A DNA stretch of 64,000 nt. It comes from an uncultured Verrucomicrobiae bacterium. GTDB taxonomy: Bacteria > Acidobacteriota > Terriglobia > Terriglobales > Acidobacteriaceae. Shown piece by piece: positions 50,823-60,881 of the stretch; positions within the stretch are counted from its first letter, which is position 1, and each line of letters opens with the position of its first letter. The translations under genes and the position numbers were made by a program. The stretch spans positions 777,397-841,396 of the forward strand of contig OY970299.1 in the NCBI GenBank assembly GCA_963716225.1. Direction: 5' to 3'. The notes below the pieces were generated by a model that was not told the DNA's origin, made no database searches, and worked only from the letters and a program-made list of their open reading frames with translations.

Positions 50823-50983
50823 CGGCAGCTACCCTGCAAAGATGCTCAATTCCGCGCGCCTCCAATTTCCCAGGTTGCCCGCCGGTGAGCGGATTTCGCC
50901 GGTACTCGCGCCAAAACCTTTCGTAACACGGACATCGGCCCCGCTGCTCGCGCCATCCGACTTCAATGGCATAGGAGGAGACC

Positions 50984-51379
50984 ATGCGCAGCCGATCGTT
51001 CGCAGTGCTTGCATGTACGGTTCTGGGCTTAGCCGCGATGCTCGGCTCCGGAGCGATGGCACAGACCGCTTCGCACACCCAGAAGAAGGCCGAGCACCGC
51101 CGCGCCAAGGCCGAGGTCGAAGCGCGCGACGCTCGTCACCACAATAAGCTGAAGACCGAAGGTGTTCCCACGGTCGGCGGTGCCGTTGCGGGTGGCGTCG
51201 TCGCGGGACCGGCGGGGGCATTTGCCGGCGCGAAGGTCGGCCACACCGTAGGAACGGTCTTTCACGGCGTAAAGAAGCACCGCGACATCAAGCGCGTCGA
51301 GAAGCGCGACATCGCACGGCGGCGCGCCGTGGCTCGGCGCCGAACACGCACTCAGGCCGCGCGACGCAGGGCCGAGTAA
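50984..51379 (+). CDS. Basic secreted protein with glycine-zipper-like segment
   Basis: AGGAGG RBS, signal peptide, GGAVAGGVVAGPAGA. Confidence 0.75.
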   Translation: MRSRSFAVLACTVLGLAAMLGSGAMAQTASHTQKKAEHRRAKAEVEARDARHHNKLKTEGVPTVGGAVAGGVVAGPAGAFAGAKVGHTVGTVFHGVKKHRDIKRVEKRDIARRRAVARRRTRTQAARRRAE

Positions 51380-51412
51380 GAGTTACGGGATGGACCGTAA
51401 TAAAATCCATTC

Positions 51413-51622
51413 ATGACCGATCTACCGCCCAAACCCACCCCCACGCGCACGACCGGCCTCAGCCCGAAGGAACAGAAGCTCCAGGCGCTGCGCGAAAAGC
51501 TCGCCAACGCCGGGAACGGCGCGAAGCCCGGAGCAGCCAAGCCGAATGGCTCCTCCGGCGGTTTCCAGGGCAAGTCCACCACCGCCGGCCGCAAGACCGC
51601 TTTCCAACGCAAAGCTACCTAG
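51413..51622 (+). CDS. Small basic hypothetical protein
   Basis: 69 aa with host-like codon style. Confidence 0.55.
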   Translation: MTDLPPKPTPTRTTGLSPKEQKLQALREKLANAGNGAKPGAAKPNGSSGGFQGKSTTAGRKTAFQRKAT

Positions 51623-51742
51623 TCCTGCGAGCGCGGTTCGGGATGCGCGAACAAACTAAGACGACTACCCCGCAAATCGTGGCGACTGGTCGGCCGACGT
51701 CGTGGCCGTCGCGCGTCGCGTTTTGGGACTACACTGTCCGGA

Positions 51743-52243
51743 ATGACCGACGCATATCTCGGCCGCATGCTGGGCGTCGCCTGTGACATGGCGAACGCAC
51801 AGGGAGCAACGCTGTTCATGGTTGACGGCGCCGTGCTGCGCCCTCACCTCATCTATAACCTTCCCGCGGAATACATCCAGGGGATTGGCGAGGTGAAGGT
51901 CGGGGCGCAATGCTGCGGTCGTGCCGTCGAGCACAAGAAGCCTTGGATTGTCACCGACATGCTCACGGATCCGCTCTTCGCCGACGGACGCGCAGGGGCG
52001 CTTGCCTCTCCCATTCGCGCCGCCTTCTCCGTTCCGGTGATGGACGGCAATGCGGTCGTCGCCGCCCTCGCCTGCCACTACACCGAACCGCACGCACCTA
52101 CAAAGCTGGACGTCGAGCGCAACGAAGTCTTCGCCAAACTCTTTGCCATATCGCTTCGCACGCGGCTGCCGTTTCAGGTGGGCGAACCGCATTTCAGCTA
52201 TTCATCCGACCTGAATCTGGATGTGCCGGTGAGTAGCCTCTAA
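51743..52243 (+). CDS. Stand-alone GAF domain protein
   Basis: CCGRAVEHKKPWIVTD...DPLF, AFSVPV, LACHY motifs. Confidence 0.8.
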   Translation: MTDAYLGRMLGVACDMANAQGATLFMVDGAVLRPHLIYNLPAEYIQGIGEVKVGAQCCGRAVEHKKPWIVTDMLTDPLFADGRAGALASPIRAAFSVPVMDGNAVVAALACHYTEPHAPTKLDVERNEVFAKLFAISLRTRLPFQVGEPHFSYSSDLNLDVPVSSL

Positions 52244-52648
52244 GCATTTCGACGCTCTCGCTGGCCAATAATCGGCCGCCACCGTTCCCTCCATCCTTCT
52301 CCATGAACCACGCGCTTGCCGCAGCCACTCACGGGCCGGCCTTTTTTCTTCTGCGCAGCTCACAGAGGATGCTTCGGTTCGTGTTCACGTCACGTCAATT
52401 CCCCGCAACCGCAATGGCAACCTGAGCCTTGCTGAAGACGTCAATCCGGTTACTTCATCCGTGGATTTTGCGCGGAATGGAGTTACAACTCGGCACACTT
52501 TCCGGCGCGGATCTCCCACCGCACCGAGCGCGGGTCTCAACCGTCGCTCCAGTTGGCCAAACGGGGAGTTGGCCAAACCACATCTTCAACAACACTCCTC
52601 GAGCCGCAACGGAAACTTCCGCGCGCTCGCGCTGAGAGGAGCAGCTTA

Positions 52649-53440
52649 ATGAGACAGGAATCATCGAGCATGACCCAGCAGAACGGCTCGTACGACAGCC
52701 GCCAGAACTCAAACGACAATCAGCAGAATCCCGCTGCACTTCCGTTCGGTCCGAAGACGCTGGTCTTCGGCGCAACAGCGCTGATCGCCTACGGGCTCAG
52801 TCGCCGGTCGAAGTCCGGTGCCGCGATCGCCGCAGCGGGCGGCCTTCTCGCCTACCAGGCTGTGCGTTCCAACAACACCGAGCCGGATGACACACGCGCC
52901 ACGTTCCTCATCAACACAACTCCCGATCGCGCGTACTCGATGTGGCGTGATTTCCAGAATCTTCCGCGCTTCATGCCGCAGCTCAAGCAGGTCCGTGTGC
53001 TCGACAACCGCCGCAGCGAGTGGACGGCGAGCGGGCCGATGGACCGTGAGGTGCGCTGGACCGCTGAGATCACCGAGGACTCTCCTAACCAGCGGATCGC
53101 CTGGCGATCGCTTCCGGACTCCGACGTAGAGACTGCGGGTTACGTCAGCTTCCGCGCCGACCCGCTCGGTCGAGGGACTTTTGTTACCGCCGAGATGCAG
53201 TACAAGCTTCCGGGAGGCGCGCTGGGGAAAGGCCTCGCGACAGCCGCAGGCAAACATCCGGAGTTCCTTATCCGCGAGAATCTTCGCCACTTCAAGTCGC
53301 TGCTCGAAGCCGGCGAAGTGCCGACCACTGCCGGGCAGACACACGGGCCGCGCGGCATGCACGGACACGCCGAGCAGGTGCTCTTCCGCGAGACGTCGAA
53401 CCATCCTGCGCCGCAAGCAGAGGACGGACACAGCGCGTAG
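52649..53440 (+). CDS. SRPBCC (cyclase/dehydrase) family protein
   Basis: [36 protein letters not shown] motifs. Confidence 0.88.
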   Translation: MRQESSSMTQQNGSYDSRQNSNDNQQNPAALPFGPKTLVFGATALIAYGLSRRSKSGAAIAAAGGLLAYQAVRSNNTEPDDTRATFLINTTPDRAYSMWRDFQNLPRFMPQLKQVRVLDNRRSEWTASGPMDREVRWTAEITEDSPNQRIAWRSLPDSDVETAGYVSFRADPLGRGTFVTAEMQYKLPGGALGKGLATAAGKHPEFLIRENLRHFKSLLEAGEVPTTAGQTHGPRGMHGHAEQVLFRETSNHPAPQAEDGHSA

Positions 53441-53501
53441 CAAATTTCGCTCGCGCAGTTTGTTCAAAATCGCGAACACGGAATTTTTCAAGGAGAAGAT
53501 C

Positions 53502-54695
53502 ATGAAGGCCGTCTGCTGGATGGGCAAAGAGAAGATGCAGGTGCACAACGTTCCGGACCCAACGATCCTGAACCCGCGCGATGCGATTATTAAAATCACA
53601 ACGACCTGCATCTGCGGATCGGACCTGCATCTCTACGACGGGTATGTGCCAACGATGGAGCAGGGCGACATCCTCGGCCACGAGTTCATGGGCGAGGTTG
53701 TAGAAGTCGGCTCCGGCATCAGCGCTGACAAGCTGAAAGTGGGCGACCGCGTTGTGGTTCCTTTCACGATCGCGTGCGGAAGCTGCCAAGCCTGCAAAGA
53801 CCAGCTCTGGTCATGCTGCGACAACTCCAACCCCAACGCGTGGGTTGCTGAAAAGCTGATGGGCTACTCGCCATCGGGCCTGTTCGGTTACACGCATATG
53901 CTCGGCGGATACGCCGGCGGACAGGCGCAATACGCTCGCGTTCCGTTTGCGGACGTCGGCCCGCTCAAGATTCCGAACGGCATGCCGGACGAGAAGGTCG
54001 TCTTTCTCACCGACATCTTCCCGACCGGCTACATGGGCGCGGAGAACTGCAACATTCGTCCGGGGGATACGGTCGCGGTGTGGGGCTGTGGTCCGGTCGG
54101 CCAGTTCGCGATTCGCAGTTGCTTCATGTTCGGTGCGGGACGCGTGATCGCGATTGACAAGGTTCCCGAGCGGCTCGAAATGGCGCGCCAGGGCGGAGCG
54201 GAGACGCTCAACTTCGACGAGGTCGACGTGCTCGAGGCGCTGAAGGATATGACGGGCAATCGCGGTCCCGATGCGTGCATGGACGCGGTCGGCATGGAAG
54301 CGTCAGGGCACGGCATGATGTTCGCGATGGATCGCGCCAAGCAGATGACGCGCATGCAAATGGACCGTCCGATCGTTCTCCGGCAGGCAATCATGGCCTC
54401 GAAGAAAGGCGGCACCGTGTCAGTGCCGGGTGTTTATGCGAGCTTCATCGACAAAGTGCCGATGGGCGCGTTCGTGAACAAGGGTCTGACGATGAAGACC
54501 GGGCAGACTCACATGATGCGCTACATGCAGCCGCTGCTGGAGCGCATCGAGCGTGGCGAGATCGATCCGTCGTTCGTCATCAGTCATGTGCTGCCAATCG
54601 ACAGCGCGCCTGACGCGTACCGTATGTTCCGCGATAAGCAGGACCACTGCACGAAGGTTGTGCTGAAGCCCTGGGAACAGCAGATGGCGGCGTAG
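53502..54695 (+). CDS. Zinc-dependent formaldehyde/alcohol dehydrogenase (FDH-like)
   Basis: [12 protein letters not shown], structural-Zn Cys cluster, GCGPVG motifs. Confidence 0.9.
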   Translation: MKAVCWMGKEKMQVHNVPDPTILNPRDAIIKITTTCICGSDLHLYDGYVPTMEQGDILGHEFMGEVVEVGSGISADKLKVGDRVVVPFTIACGSCQACKDQLWSCCDNSNPNAWVAEKLMGYSPSGLFGYTHMLGGYAGGQAQYARVPFADVGPLKIPNGMPDEKVVFLTDIFPTGYMGAENCNIRPGDTVAVWGCGPVGQFAIRSCFMFGAGRVIAIDKVPERLEMARQGGAETLNFDEVDVLEALKDMTGNRGPDACMDAVGMEASGHGMMFAMDRAKQMTRMQMDRPIVLRQAIMASKKGGTVSVPGVYASFIDKVPMGAFVNKGLTMKTGQTHMMRYMQPLLERIERGEIDPSFVISHVLPIDSAPDAYRMFRDKQDHCTKVVLKPWEQQMAA

Positions 54696-54785
54696 CCGCA
54701 CCGTCCAAAACCGCACCGCGAGAGGAGAAATTTGCATGTCGTTTCCGATGAACAGCGCGGATCACAATCGCAGCAGACGCATGGC

Positions 54786-55175
54786 ATGAGCGAATCGATA
54801 CCGAAGGTGATCAGTCCGCAGGTGCACGGCATCATCGACTACACGCACGTCGCGTTCTTCTTCACGGTTGGCCTGCTCTGCCGCAAGAGCAACAAGGCAG
54901 CGTCCATGGCGGCGTTTGCGACGAGCGGGTTCATTCTCGCGCAGTCGTTACTCACCGACTATCGCTGGGGAGTGAAGCCGGTCATCTCCTTCAAGACGCA
55001 CGGCAAGATGGACACGGTGTTCGCCTCGACATCGTGGATGTTTCCGCTGCTCTTCGGTTTCAAGGACACGGCCGCCGCGAAGATCTTCGAAGGCAATTCG
55101 CTGGCGGAAGCGTCGGTCGTTGCGGCGACCGACTGGAGCAGCGAACGCGCACGCGAAGAGCGCATGGCTGCGTAA
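54786..55175 (+). CDS. SPW-repeat-like membrane protein
   Basis: HGIIDY, LTDYRWG, H...D motifs. Confidence 0.7.
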   Translation: MSESIPKVISPQVHGIIDYTHVAFFFTVGLLCRKSNKAASMAAFATSGFILAQSLLTDYRWGVKPVISFKTHGKMDTVFASTSWMFPLLFGFKDTAAAKIFEGNSLAEASVVAATDWSSERAREERMAA

Positions 55176-55241
55176 ACAGCCTGGCGTTCCGTCGCGATGC
55201 ATCTACGAACTGGCGTCAGGCTTGAGAAGTCGGCGCGTTTA

Positions 55242-55296
55242 CATTCCTCGAGCGGCGCAATTTTTTCGCACTCCGCCGAAAGCGGAGCGAGGAATG
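55242..55296. repeat. Nested stem-loop (REP-like or ncRNA)
   Basis: CATTCCTCG/CGAGGAATG outer stem enclosing CTCCGC-CGAAA-GCGGAG. Confidence 0.45.
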
Positions 55297-55414
55297 CGTG
55301 CATCAAGACGGGCTGCGATGCAAAATTCCCACAAACCTGCTCACAGACGGATCGTCTAACCCGCACCCGTCCGGTCTTGAATTCTACAATCAGGTTTTTG
55401 GGAAGGCGAGGTCC

Positions 55415-55843
55415 ATGCAAGCAGGAGCTCTAGTCATCGCCAGCATGTTCGTGCTGGCCGCGTCCGCGCAGCAGGGGCCACCGGGAATTATGCCGCCGCC
55501 GCCGCTGCGCCAGACGTTCGTCTCGGCCGCGCAGGTGGTTATCGACGATGCACGGGGTGTGGATGTGAAGGCCGACAACGATCACTTCGCAGGCCAAATG
55601 CAAACACTGAAGGAGGCAAGCGATAACCTGGCTGCGATGGCTGGCGACGATCGCGAGAAGGACATCGCCTCTTCGATGAAGGACATCATCTTTCAGATCT
55701 CTTCCTGCCACATTCAGTCAATCGACGGCACGCCCACGGACAACTGCGAGGCGCAGATCAAGGCCGCCGAAGCACGAGCGATGGAAATCCTGAACCGCCA
55801 CAAGGAAAACGGAACCTGGGCCGAAGGGCCGCCGTCGAGCTAA
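55415..55843 (+). CDS. Hypothetical secreted protein
   Basis: Signal peptide ending ASA; helical; Cys pair. Confidence 0.7.
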   Translation: MQAGALVIASMFVLAASAQQGPPGIMPPPPLRQTFVSAAQVVIDDARGVDVKADNDHFAGQMQTLKEASDNLAAMAGDDREKDIASSMKDIIFQISSCHIQSIDGTPTDNCEAQIKAAEARAMEILNRHKENGTWAEGPPSS

Positions 55844-55880
55844 GTTAGCGACTCGGCAAGTGCAAGCCTGGCGCCGTAAC

Positions 55881-57566
55881 TCACGCCGGCACGAGCGGCT
55901 GCGGCGCTGCCTGCGCTTCGAGTGCGAGGTACTGGTGGATGAAGGCGATCGCCATGCTTCCTTCTCCCACGCCGCTCGAAACGCGCTTGATCGACGCGTG
56001 GCGCACGTCACCGACGCAGAACAAGCCAGGCAGATTTGTCTCGAGCGGATACGGATTGCGGTCGTCGTGGCCCCAGCCGGGAAGATCGCGCCCAGTGCAG
56101 ACGTAGCCCTGCTCGTCGCGCATCAACTCTGCCGGCAGCCAATCAGTCTGCGCGTTTGCGCCGATCATGACGAACAGCGCGTCGGCAGGTCGCGTGCGTG
56201 CGGGCTGATTGCCGGTTGTGGTGCAGATCGTTTCCAGCGCGTGTTCACCGCCGACGGAGACCACCCGCGTGTACGGCTCGACCTTGATGTTCGGCCGCGC
56301 GTTGATCTGCTCGATCAGGTACTGGCTCATCGTGAGCTTGAGGGCCGCCCCGCGCACGAGCACCGTCACGCTGTTTGCGAACTGGGAGAAGTACATCGCA
56401 GCCTGGCCTGCAGAGTTGCCGCCACCGACGATGAAGACGTCCTTACCGATGGCCGTTGTCGCCTCGGTCCGTGAAGCTCCATAGAGCACACCGCGGCCGA
56501 GCATTCGATCGACGCCATCGGCCTCCAGCCTGCGCCAGTCGACGCCGGTCGCGAGCACCACCGTGCGTGCGCTCACACGATCGCCGCCATCGAGTTCGAC
56601 GCACCATCCAGCGTCGATGGGCGCGAGGTTTTGCACTTCACGCGTCAGGACAATTTCGCTGCCAAAGTATTCCGCCTGACGCACCGCGCGCTGGCTCAGC
56701 TCATCGCCGGAGATGCCGCTCGGGAAGCCGAGATAGTTCTCGATGCGCGACGACGTACCGGCCTGTCCACCCACAGTTCCGCGCTCGATGATCACCACCT
56801 TGAGGCCTTCGGAGGCGCCATACACGGCCGCCGCGAGTCCGGCAGGCCCTGCGCCGATGACAACGACGTCGTAGCCGTCACTGCGCGGACGCGTACGATA
56901 GCCGAGCGCTTCCGCGACCTTGCGCACGGTCGGTGGCTGGCCTACGCAGAAGGCATGGTCCACAACCACGGCGGGTCCGTTCAGGTCGGGTGGCATGCAG
57001 GCCGGCACGCGCTCGGGCTCGCGCTCCTTGTCCACCCACTCGTACGGAATGCGATTCACGGAAAGAAAGCTGCGGATATCGCGACAGTCGGTGTCGTACT
57101 GTGAGCCCACGACGAGCACGCGCGCCCCTTGATAGTCGACCATGCGGTCCTGAATCATGTTCAGCCGGCTCGTCATCGTCTCCATCACCAGCGCGCGGCA
57201 GTCCTTCGAGCTGTCCAGCAGCTCCTTGAAAACCACGCGGTCCATCTTGGCCACACGCGACGGCTCGCGGGCGCGCAACGAAGCGATTGCGGGCGAGCCG
57301 AGCAGCAGCGGAACTTCGCCGAAGAAATCTCCGGACTTGTAGCGGCTCACTACCTGCTCCTTGCCGGAGAGCAGCTTCAACACATCCAGCGAGCCTTCGA
57401 GGAGCAGGTAAAACCACGGCTCCTCGCCCTCGCGCAGAAGCCACTCGCCTTGGTTCAGGTGGAGGTCCGCAGCGCCTCCCGCGACACGCAAAAGCTGCGC
57501 GTCCGGCAGACACGACATCAGGGGAAACTTTCTCAGCTCTTCGAGGTTGAACAAGGGACCCTCCAT
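55881..57566 (-). CDS. cNMP-binding domain fused to thioredoxin-reductase-like flavoprotein
   Basis: GDFFGEVPLL; GAGPAG, GGQAGTSSRIENYLGFP, GGGNSAG, GDVR; no CxxC. Confidence 0.88.
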   Translation of the reverse strand: MEGPLFNLEELRKFPLMSCLPDAQLLRVAGGAADLHLNQGEWLLREGEEPWFYLLLEGSLDVLKLLSGKEQVVSRYKSGDFFGEVPLLLGSPAIASLRAREPSRVAKMDRVVFKELLDSSKDCRALVMETMTSRLNMIQDRMVDYQGARVLVVGSQYDTDCRDIRSFLSVNRIPYEWVDKEREPERVPACMPPDLNGPAVVVDHAFCVGQPPTVRKVAEALGYRTRPRSDGYDVVVIGAGPAGLAAAVYGASEGLKVVIIERGTVGGQAGTSSRIENYLGFPSGISGDELSQRAVRQAEYFGSEIVLTREVQNLAPIDAGWCVELDGGDRVSARTVVLATGVDWRRLEADGVDRMLGRGVLYGASRTEATTAIGKDVFIVGGGNSAGQAAMYFSQFANSVTVLVRGAALKLTMSQYLIEQINARPNIKVEPYTRVVSVGGEHALETICTTTGNQPARTRPADALFVMIGANAQTDWLPAELMRDEQGYVCTGRDLPGWGHDDRNPYPLETNLPGLFCVGDVRHASIKRVSSGVGEGSMAIAFIHQYLALEAQAAPQPLVPA

Positions 57567-57758
57567 CTTGCAGAGGTGCCGTTCGCTCGGCACGGTTTTT
57601 CAGCAGTGTGCAGCGGCGGGTGCTCGCCTGGCATGCACGTTGAGGGCGCTTAGGAGAGGATACGCCGGTTTTGAGATGAAGGTTCCCGGGACGATTTATT
57701 CACGTTCCGTTTACAACCGGGCGAGACACCCAAGAAACACGTTTGTCTTCATCTTGTA

Positions 57759-59693
57759 TTAGAAGAGATGCAGAAAAAGTTGATTGGTGATGAGAGCGCC
57801 GAGATACGCAGCGCAAGTCATGTACGCGAACTGCAGCGCGGGCCACTTCCAGCTGTTTGTCTCGCGACGCACAACGGCAATAGTCGACGTGCACTGCATC
57901 GCGAAAGCGAAGAAAACCACTAGAGCGATCGCGCCGCCGATCGACATGTCGTAGTGTAGCGCGGATTGCAGGCTCGCCGCATGGGTTGCCGGATCGACGC
58001 CGTACAGCGTGCCCAGCGTGCCGACGATGACCTCGCGGGCAACGATCGAACTGAGCAGGCCGATGCCGATCTTCCAATCGAAGCCAAGCGGATGAATGAC
58101 CGGCTCAATGAAGTGGCCGATGTGCCCGATGACGCTCGAGGAGAGATCCGAGAAGTTTCCGCCATGCACCGGCAGCACGCTCAACAGCCACACGACGAAC
58201 GTGCAGGCCAGGATGATGGTGCCGGCCTTCCTCACAAACAGCTTTCCACGATCGTAGAGCCGTAGTGCGAGCGACCAGGGCGTCGGCCAGCGGTACTGCG
58301 GCAGTTCCAGAACGAACGGCGCCGAAGATGCTTTCATCACGCGCGAGTTCAGCAGCTTGGCCGTGAACAGCGCCATCAGGAATCCGAGCGCATACAGCCC
58401 CAGCATCACCGACGCGCGCAGGCCGACCAAATGGCCAAGGATCCTGCGGTCCGGAACGAACGCGGCGATGATCAGCGTGTACACCGGCAGCCGCGCGGAG
58501 CAGGTCATGAACGGCGCGATAAGGATTGTCGCCATGCGCTCACGCTTGTTCTCAATGGTGCGCGTGGCCATGATCGCGGGCACAGCGCAGGCATACGCGG
58601 AGAGCAGCGGGATGAATGCCTTACCGTTCAGGCCGATGGCACGCATGACGCGATCGGCGATCAGTGCCGCGCGGGCAAGATAACCCGAGTCTTCGAGGAT
58701 GCCGATGAAGAGAAACAGCAGAAGGATCTGCGGCAGGAAGACAAGGACTGCCTGCACGCCATTCCAGAGGCCCTCACGCAACAGCGCGCGAAGCCAGTTG
58801 TCCGGCAGCGTTTGTGCGACTGCGTTACCGAGGCGTGTAAGCACGTCGCCCAATCCGTCGGAGAGCGGCTGGCCGATCGAGAACACCACCTGGAAGACCG
58901 CGATGACGACGATCAGAAAGATGATCGGACCCCAGATGCGATGCAGCAGGATGGAGTCGAGCCGCCGCGTCCAGAGCGGCGACTCCGGCTGCGCGAAGTG
59001 GCTGCGCGAGCTGACCTGGCCGGCCCACTTGCGGCACGAAGCGGGGCTCTGGATGATCGGCAGGCGCGCTGAGCCGGGACGCGTCAGCGCGAATTCGGTG
59101 AACTGGTCCAGGAAGTCGCGGATGCGATCCATTCCCGTGCCCTTCGCCGCGCTGATCAGCGCGACCGGATGGCCAAGCTCATGCGCGAGCGCCAGCGCGT
59201 CAATTTTGCCGCCGCGCGCCTCGAGCAGATCCGACATGTTCAGCAGCACCAGAGTGGGCAGGCCAAGCGAAAGAATCGGCGCAGCAAGCATGAGCTGCCG
59301 GTTCAAGTGCATGCAGTCAAGGACAAGAAGCACCGCGTCCGGCGCGGGCACGCCGGCCATGTTGCCCTTCAGTACATCCACGGCAACGCGCGCGTCTTCG
59401 GAGTACGTCGCCAGCGAGTAGATGCCGGGGAGATCGATCAACGTGAGGTCAGCCCGACCAAAGCTCTTCATCCTGCCGGAGTGGTGCTCGACGGTCACTC
59501 CCGGATAGTTCGCGACCTTCTGGCGCATGCCGGTGAGGCGGTTGAACAGCGTCGACTTGCCGCAGTTCGGTGGGCCGATCAGCGCGAGAGTGCGGATGCG
59601 TCCGGTGCGCGATTTGCCAGGAGCCGGTGGCGCAGCTTCGAGCTCAACGGGCTCGGCGATCGCGGTGTTCGAGGTCGGGGTGCAGCAGTCCAT
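57759..59693 (-). CDS. feoB: Ferrous iron transporter B
   Basis: GPPNCGKST, NYPGVTVE, DLPG, CSARLPVY, QCTST motifs. Confidence 0.95.
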   Translation of the reverse strand: MDCCTPTSNTAIAEPVELEAAPPAPGKSRTGRIRTLALIGPPNCGKSTLFNRLTGMRQKVANYPGVTVEHHSGRMKSFGRADLTLIDLPGIYSLATYSEDARVAVDVLKGNMAGVPAPDAVLLVLDCMHLNRQLMLAAPILSLGLPTLVLLNMSDLLEARGGKIDALALAHELGHPVALISAAKGTGMDRIRDFLDQFTEFALTRPGSARLPIIQSPASCRKWAGQVSSRSHFAQPESPLWTRRLDSILLHRIWGPIIFLIVVIAVFQVVFSIGQPLSDGLGDVLTRLGNAVAQTLPDNWLRALLREGLWNGVQAVLVFLPQILLLFLFIGILEDSGYLARAALIADRVMRAIGLNGKAFIPLLSAYACAVPAIMATRTIENKRERMATILIAPFMTCSARLPVYTLIIAAFVPDRRILGHLVGLRASVMLGLYALGFLMALFTAKLLNSRVMKASSAPFVLELPQYRWPTPWSLALRLYDRGKLFVRKAGTIILACTFVVWLLSVLPVHGGNFSDLSSSVIGHIGHFIEPVIHPLGFDWKIGIGLLSSIVAREVIVGTLGTLYGVDPATHAASLQSALHYDMSIGGAIALVVFFAFAMQCTSTIAVVRRETNSWKWPALQFAYMTCAAYLGALITNQLFLHLF

Positions 59694-59698
59694 TCCGG

Positions 59699-59950
59699 CT
59701 AGTTCCTCGCGCCGGCTTCTTCGGCAGCCGCGGTCTCGACAATGATGCAACGGGCGGTCTCGCGGCGCAGGGCGACTTCCACACCATCAATGCGGTAAAC
59801 GGTGGGATCGCCCGCGGGCGCGCGACGCAGCACCTCAACGTTTGCGCCGGGAAGAAAACCGAGGTGCGCCAGGTGATCGGAGACCTTCTCGGGGAGCTCA
59901 AGCGCTTCGAGGGTTGCGGATTGTCCGACTCGGAGATCGCTCAGCGCCAT
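59699..59950 (-). CDS. feoA: Ferrous iron transport protein A
   Basis: LGFLPG, APAGDP, VALRRE motifs. Confidence 0.93.
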   Translation of the reverse strand: MALSDLRVGQSATLEALELPEKVSDHLAHLGFLPGANVEVLRRAPAGDPTVYRIDGVEVALRRETARCIIVETAAAEEAGARN

Positions 59951-60187
59951 GAGGTACCCTCTTCCGACAGATATACGACCATTGCTGTCGTAGTTTGAGT
60001 ATATACCTCGTTCCGCGGTTGTGTAGAAGGCGACGGCCGCTCTGATGATCGTCCCGGGTGTCAGGATTTCGCGTGACTAGACAGGAGCGAAACCTGACCG
60101 GCGCAGTTCCGCCGAGCCGCGCCGATATGTCGCAGAAAGAAGATGAACAGCAGAAGGGAGTCGCCGCCGTGTCAGCGCCGGAATATC

Positions 60188-60775
60188 TTAGCGGCGTGCC
60201 ACTGCCACGGCGACCCGGGGCCGCCGGAAAGCAGCGGCCGCGATACCCAGCAAAGCGGTCGCGAGCAGCGTCCATGCCGATGGCTCAGGCGTGATGCCCG
60301 GCGGCACCGTGTGCGGCGGCGGCGGGAAGTTGCCGAACAGCGTCGGATACGGTGGAGAGTAGATCGGCGGGCTGACCAGAGGGAGCGGCGTCGTGTCCGG
60401 GAAGATCACTGGCGGCGGTCCGCTCATCGTGATGAGCGTCGGCGGAGCCGGCGGCGGCAGGACTTCCATCGGAAAGTTGAACGTGCCCAGGGTCAGCGGC
60501 GGAAGCTCGCCGTCCACTGGATTCTGAATCAGCGGCACCGAGCAGGCGAAGTCAATCGCCGCCATTGCCTCATGGACAGGCTTCGGATGCCAGTTCGGGT
60601 GGGCTTTGTCCCATGCCGCCCAGCTCGCCGCGGTTGCGGCGCTGACGCGGTGATGGTGGACCTTTCTCTGAATAAAGCGGACACACTCGGTCGACGCGTG
60701 GACGCCTATCACTCCGAGGCTTATCACCGCAGAGGTCACCAGCGTGGCCAGCGGTATACGGACGATAGGTTTCAT
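60188..60775 (-). CDS. Proline-rich PEP-CTERM protein
   Basis: Signal peptide; TPEPSAWTLLATALLG...FRR. Confidence 0.85.
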   Translation of the reverse strand: MKPIVRIPLATLVTSAVISLGVIGVHASTECVRFIQRKVHHHRVSAATAASWAAWDKAHPNWHPKPVHEAMAAIDFACSVPLIQNPVDGELPPLTLGTFNFPMEVLPPPAPPTLITMSGPPPVIFPDTTPLPLVSPPIYSPPYPTLFGNFPPPPHTVPPGITPEPSAWTLLATALLGIAAAAFRRPRVAVAVARR

Positions 60776-60881
60776 AGCCAGCCCTTTCCCCGCTGCATCG
60801 CCAGTGGTGCAGTTTTGGCGCTGCAGGTCTTACTTGGCTTTCTGATCTCCGGGGACAAACCCAGAGTACCGCGCGGCCCTG

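Noticed and set aside
42935-52243. Prophage or intact integrative element
   Set aside because: No integrase, transposase, replication or structural genes are visible.
59951-60187. Fur box or riboswitch upstream of feoA
   Set aside because: No GATAATGATAATCATTATC-like site or recognisable riboswitch; only a weak CGACAG/CTGTCG repeat.
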